DNA of 63,997 bases, the filler included, from Catajapyx aquilonaris (Eukaryota): NCBI GenBank assembly GCA_000934665.2. It is 3 parts of 3 records of this genome, joined end to end, with 100 filler letters (N's around TTAATTAATTAA, not from the genome) between each part and the next. Parts side by side here need not be neighbours in the genome. Positions count along the whole stretch, not along the records: positions 42,771 to 63,997 come from JYFJ02006110.1; 2 more parts are not named here. The stretch is one strand, 5' to 3'. The position numbers were made by a program, and so were the translations under genes. Of this stretch, positions 62,301 to 63,997 are shown piece by piece. Below the pieces are notes generated by a model. It was not told the origin of the DNA. It saw nothing but the letters and a program-made list of their open reading frames with translations, and searched no databases. How positions within the stretch are numbered: the stretch's first letter is position 1; each line of letters begins with the position of its first letter.

Positions 62301-63160
62301 TTATGTCCGAGTCTGTTGTATTCCAGTATAAGGAGTTTCTATTGGGTTAGCTTTTACCTGGGTATGGTCAACGTTGACTATATGGATTCCGTCAATTGTT
62401 GTGACACGAGCCAAGGGTACGTAGGTTTGGCCGCAACAGAAAAGTGATGAGCCGATGTCGATTAGGGCAGTGTCTAAGCTCAAGCCGTGACTCTTGTGAA
62501 TTTGTGATGGCGTATAAGCTATCGTTATAGGGAACTGTTTTCTATAAGCTTAGACGAATGCTTTTGTTGTAACTTCAAATTTGCTCTTTACAGGCCCTAA
62601 ATCGTGTTCCAATCCGAAAGAAAGTTGAATTTTTATGGACTTTATTTTTTTGGAGTGTCTGGGTCGTACATAACACTCAGTGTCAGTACGGTACCCATTG
62701 CACCGTTAACCAACCCAATTAACATAATCTTTGTGCCAAGTTTAATATAGTAATGTTGTTGTTTTTCGAAACCAGCCGTATTAGATCAGAACAATCCTCT
62801 TCGTACTTTTTGAGTATAGCTTATTGACTGGAGCATAGATCTGGGACAGTCCAACGAGTCCTCAGCTTCCAGGATGATCTCAGGAGAGTTTATAGCTTCA
62901 AGTATGGCTTTATGTAAGGCTTTGCACAATGTGGTTGGTTGCCAGCAAACAAAAAAATATTACATCTTCTGGCAGGCTGGATAATTGCCTCGCAAGTTGA
63001 TCGAATCAGCCAGTAGGATCAGTCGACGTGATATTCACGAGTCTCTCAGTAAGTACCTGGATATCGCGTTATTGGAAATTATTCCCAAGCGTACACGATA
63101 AAGCACAAATTCACTATTATTTTGCTGTCTCATATTATTTTATTGTTAGTTCATCGACAA
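62301..63160 (-). mobile_element. Degenerate PIF1-like helicase of a Helitron/Helentron
   Basis: Frameshifted motifs GLVNGAMGTV, RKQFPITIAY, IHKSHGLSLDTALIDIG..LF..GQTYVPLARV. Confidence 0.75.
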
Positions 63161-63511
63161 TCAATCAGCAATGTTAGTAATGAAATCAATTGTTAGTTCA
63201 TCAACAATCGATCAACAATGGCTTAGATGCAATGTTTTATTTTCTCTTTCTAATACCTGCAATAAGTTGTCTGGTGCCTAATAAGTTTTATTTATGGAGT
63301 TGTTCCCCTTGGTTTGAGATTTCCATACTGTTCCATTTTGTCTCTCCTGATCAATAATGGCTGCTTCAAGTTATTAAAAAGCTGGCATCTCGAATAAAGA
63401 TGGCCTATTCCTAATGTTCATATATTAAGTAGTAGCCCTTGTTTTGAGGATTTCAGATCAGTTTCCATTATGTCTCTGCGATCAGTAATGGCTGATTTAC
63501 GAATTTTTTAA

Positions 63512-63658
63512 GGGCCGTTTTCTCGAACAGTGGTTTAAATGTAAACCAGGTTCAAAGCCAGTTTAACCCCTGATTTGATTGTTGTTAGGCTGTTGTCAAG
63601 GGTTTAAATCGGCTTTGAACCGGGTTTACATTTGAACCACTGTTCGAGAAAACGGCCC
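63512..63658. mobile_element. PIF/Harbinger hairpin MITE
   Basis: GGGCCGTTTTCTCGAACAGTGGTT palindrome, TSD TAA. Confidence 0.85.
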
Positions 63659-63997
63659 TAAGACTAGTAAAAGGCCCACAGCAGTGCATGTTTATTTGGT
63701 TGGGCACCTGGTTACATGACAAGTCGCAGTAGGTGATGTGTCGAAATGTAGACTGTGTGTGTGGTGTGGAGTGATGTGGAGTGATGACTTGGCGGGGTGC
63801 ACTGCCGTGCACCTTGATCTCTTAGCAACGACCTGCTTATAAACAAGCAGCTTGCGCGATTTTTCCAATAACTGTTGGTGCCATAGAGTTGGATCACCCT
63901 GTGTGTGTGTGTGTGTGTGTGTGTGTGATCAGGTCTTGACTAAGGTCTGGGGACGGAAGTCTGTGGTTTTACTGTAGCTGTGGGGACCAGTTCCAAT

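Overview
Eukaryotic, intron-rich, TE-dense animal DNA. An arthropod origin is inferred from the SINE/MITE families and gene sequences. The window is three contigs joined by artificial 100-bp spacers (N44-TTAATTAATTAA-N44 at 21292-21391 and 42671-42770), so adjacency across them is unproven. Contig 1 holds the 5' exons of an FHA-domain gene (-) head-to-head with the first two exons of DEGS1/ifc (+), with introns full of nested mariner, Sola, hAT, piggyBac/Kolobok-type elements and SINEs. Contig 2 holds the last exon of mRpL14, many MITEs and a complete 14-exon KIF6 kinesin gene. Contig 3 holds a ~9-kb cluster of decayed gene copies: an orphan PP1-like exon, a Pro-rich/LOTUS-like fragment partly folded into a hairpin, an intron-containing LARP7 pseudogene and a near-intact Piwi/Aubergine paralogue. 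These are followed by an RTE-X-like LINE, MITEs and a Helitron-type PIF1 helicase remnant. The most unusual item is the Piwi paralogue. Its slicer residues are substituted (YRNGV, CQYAEKL), it lacks an RG-rich N-terminus, and it instead carries three tandem PAM2-like (PABP-binding) motifs. This copy has three disabling lesions.
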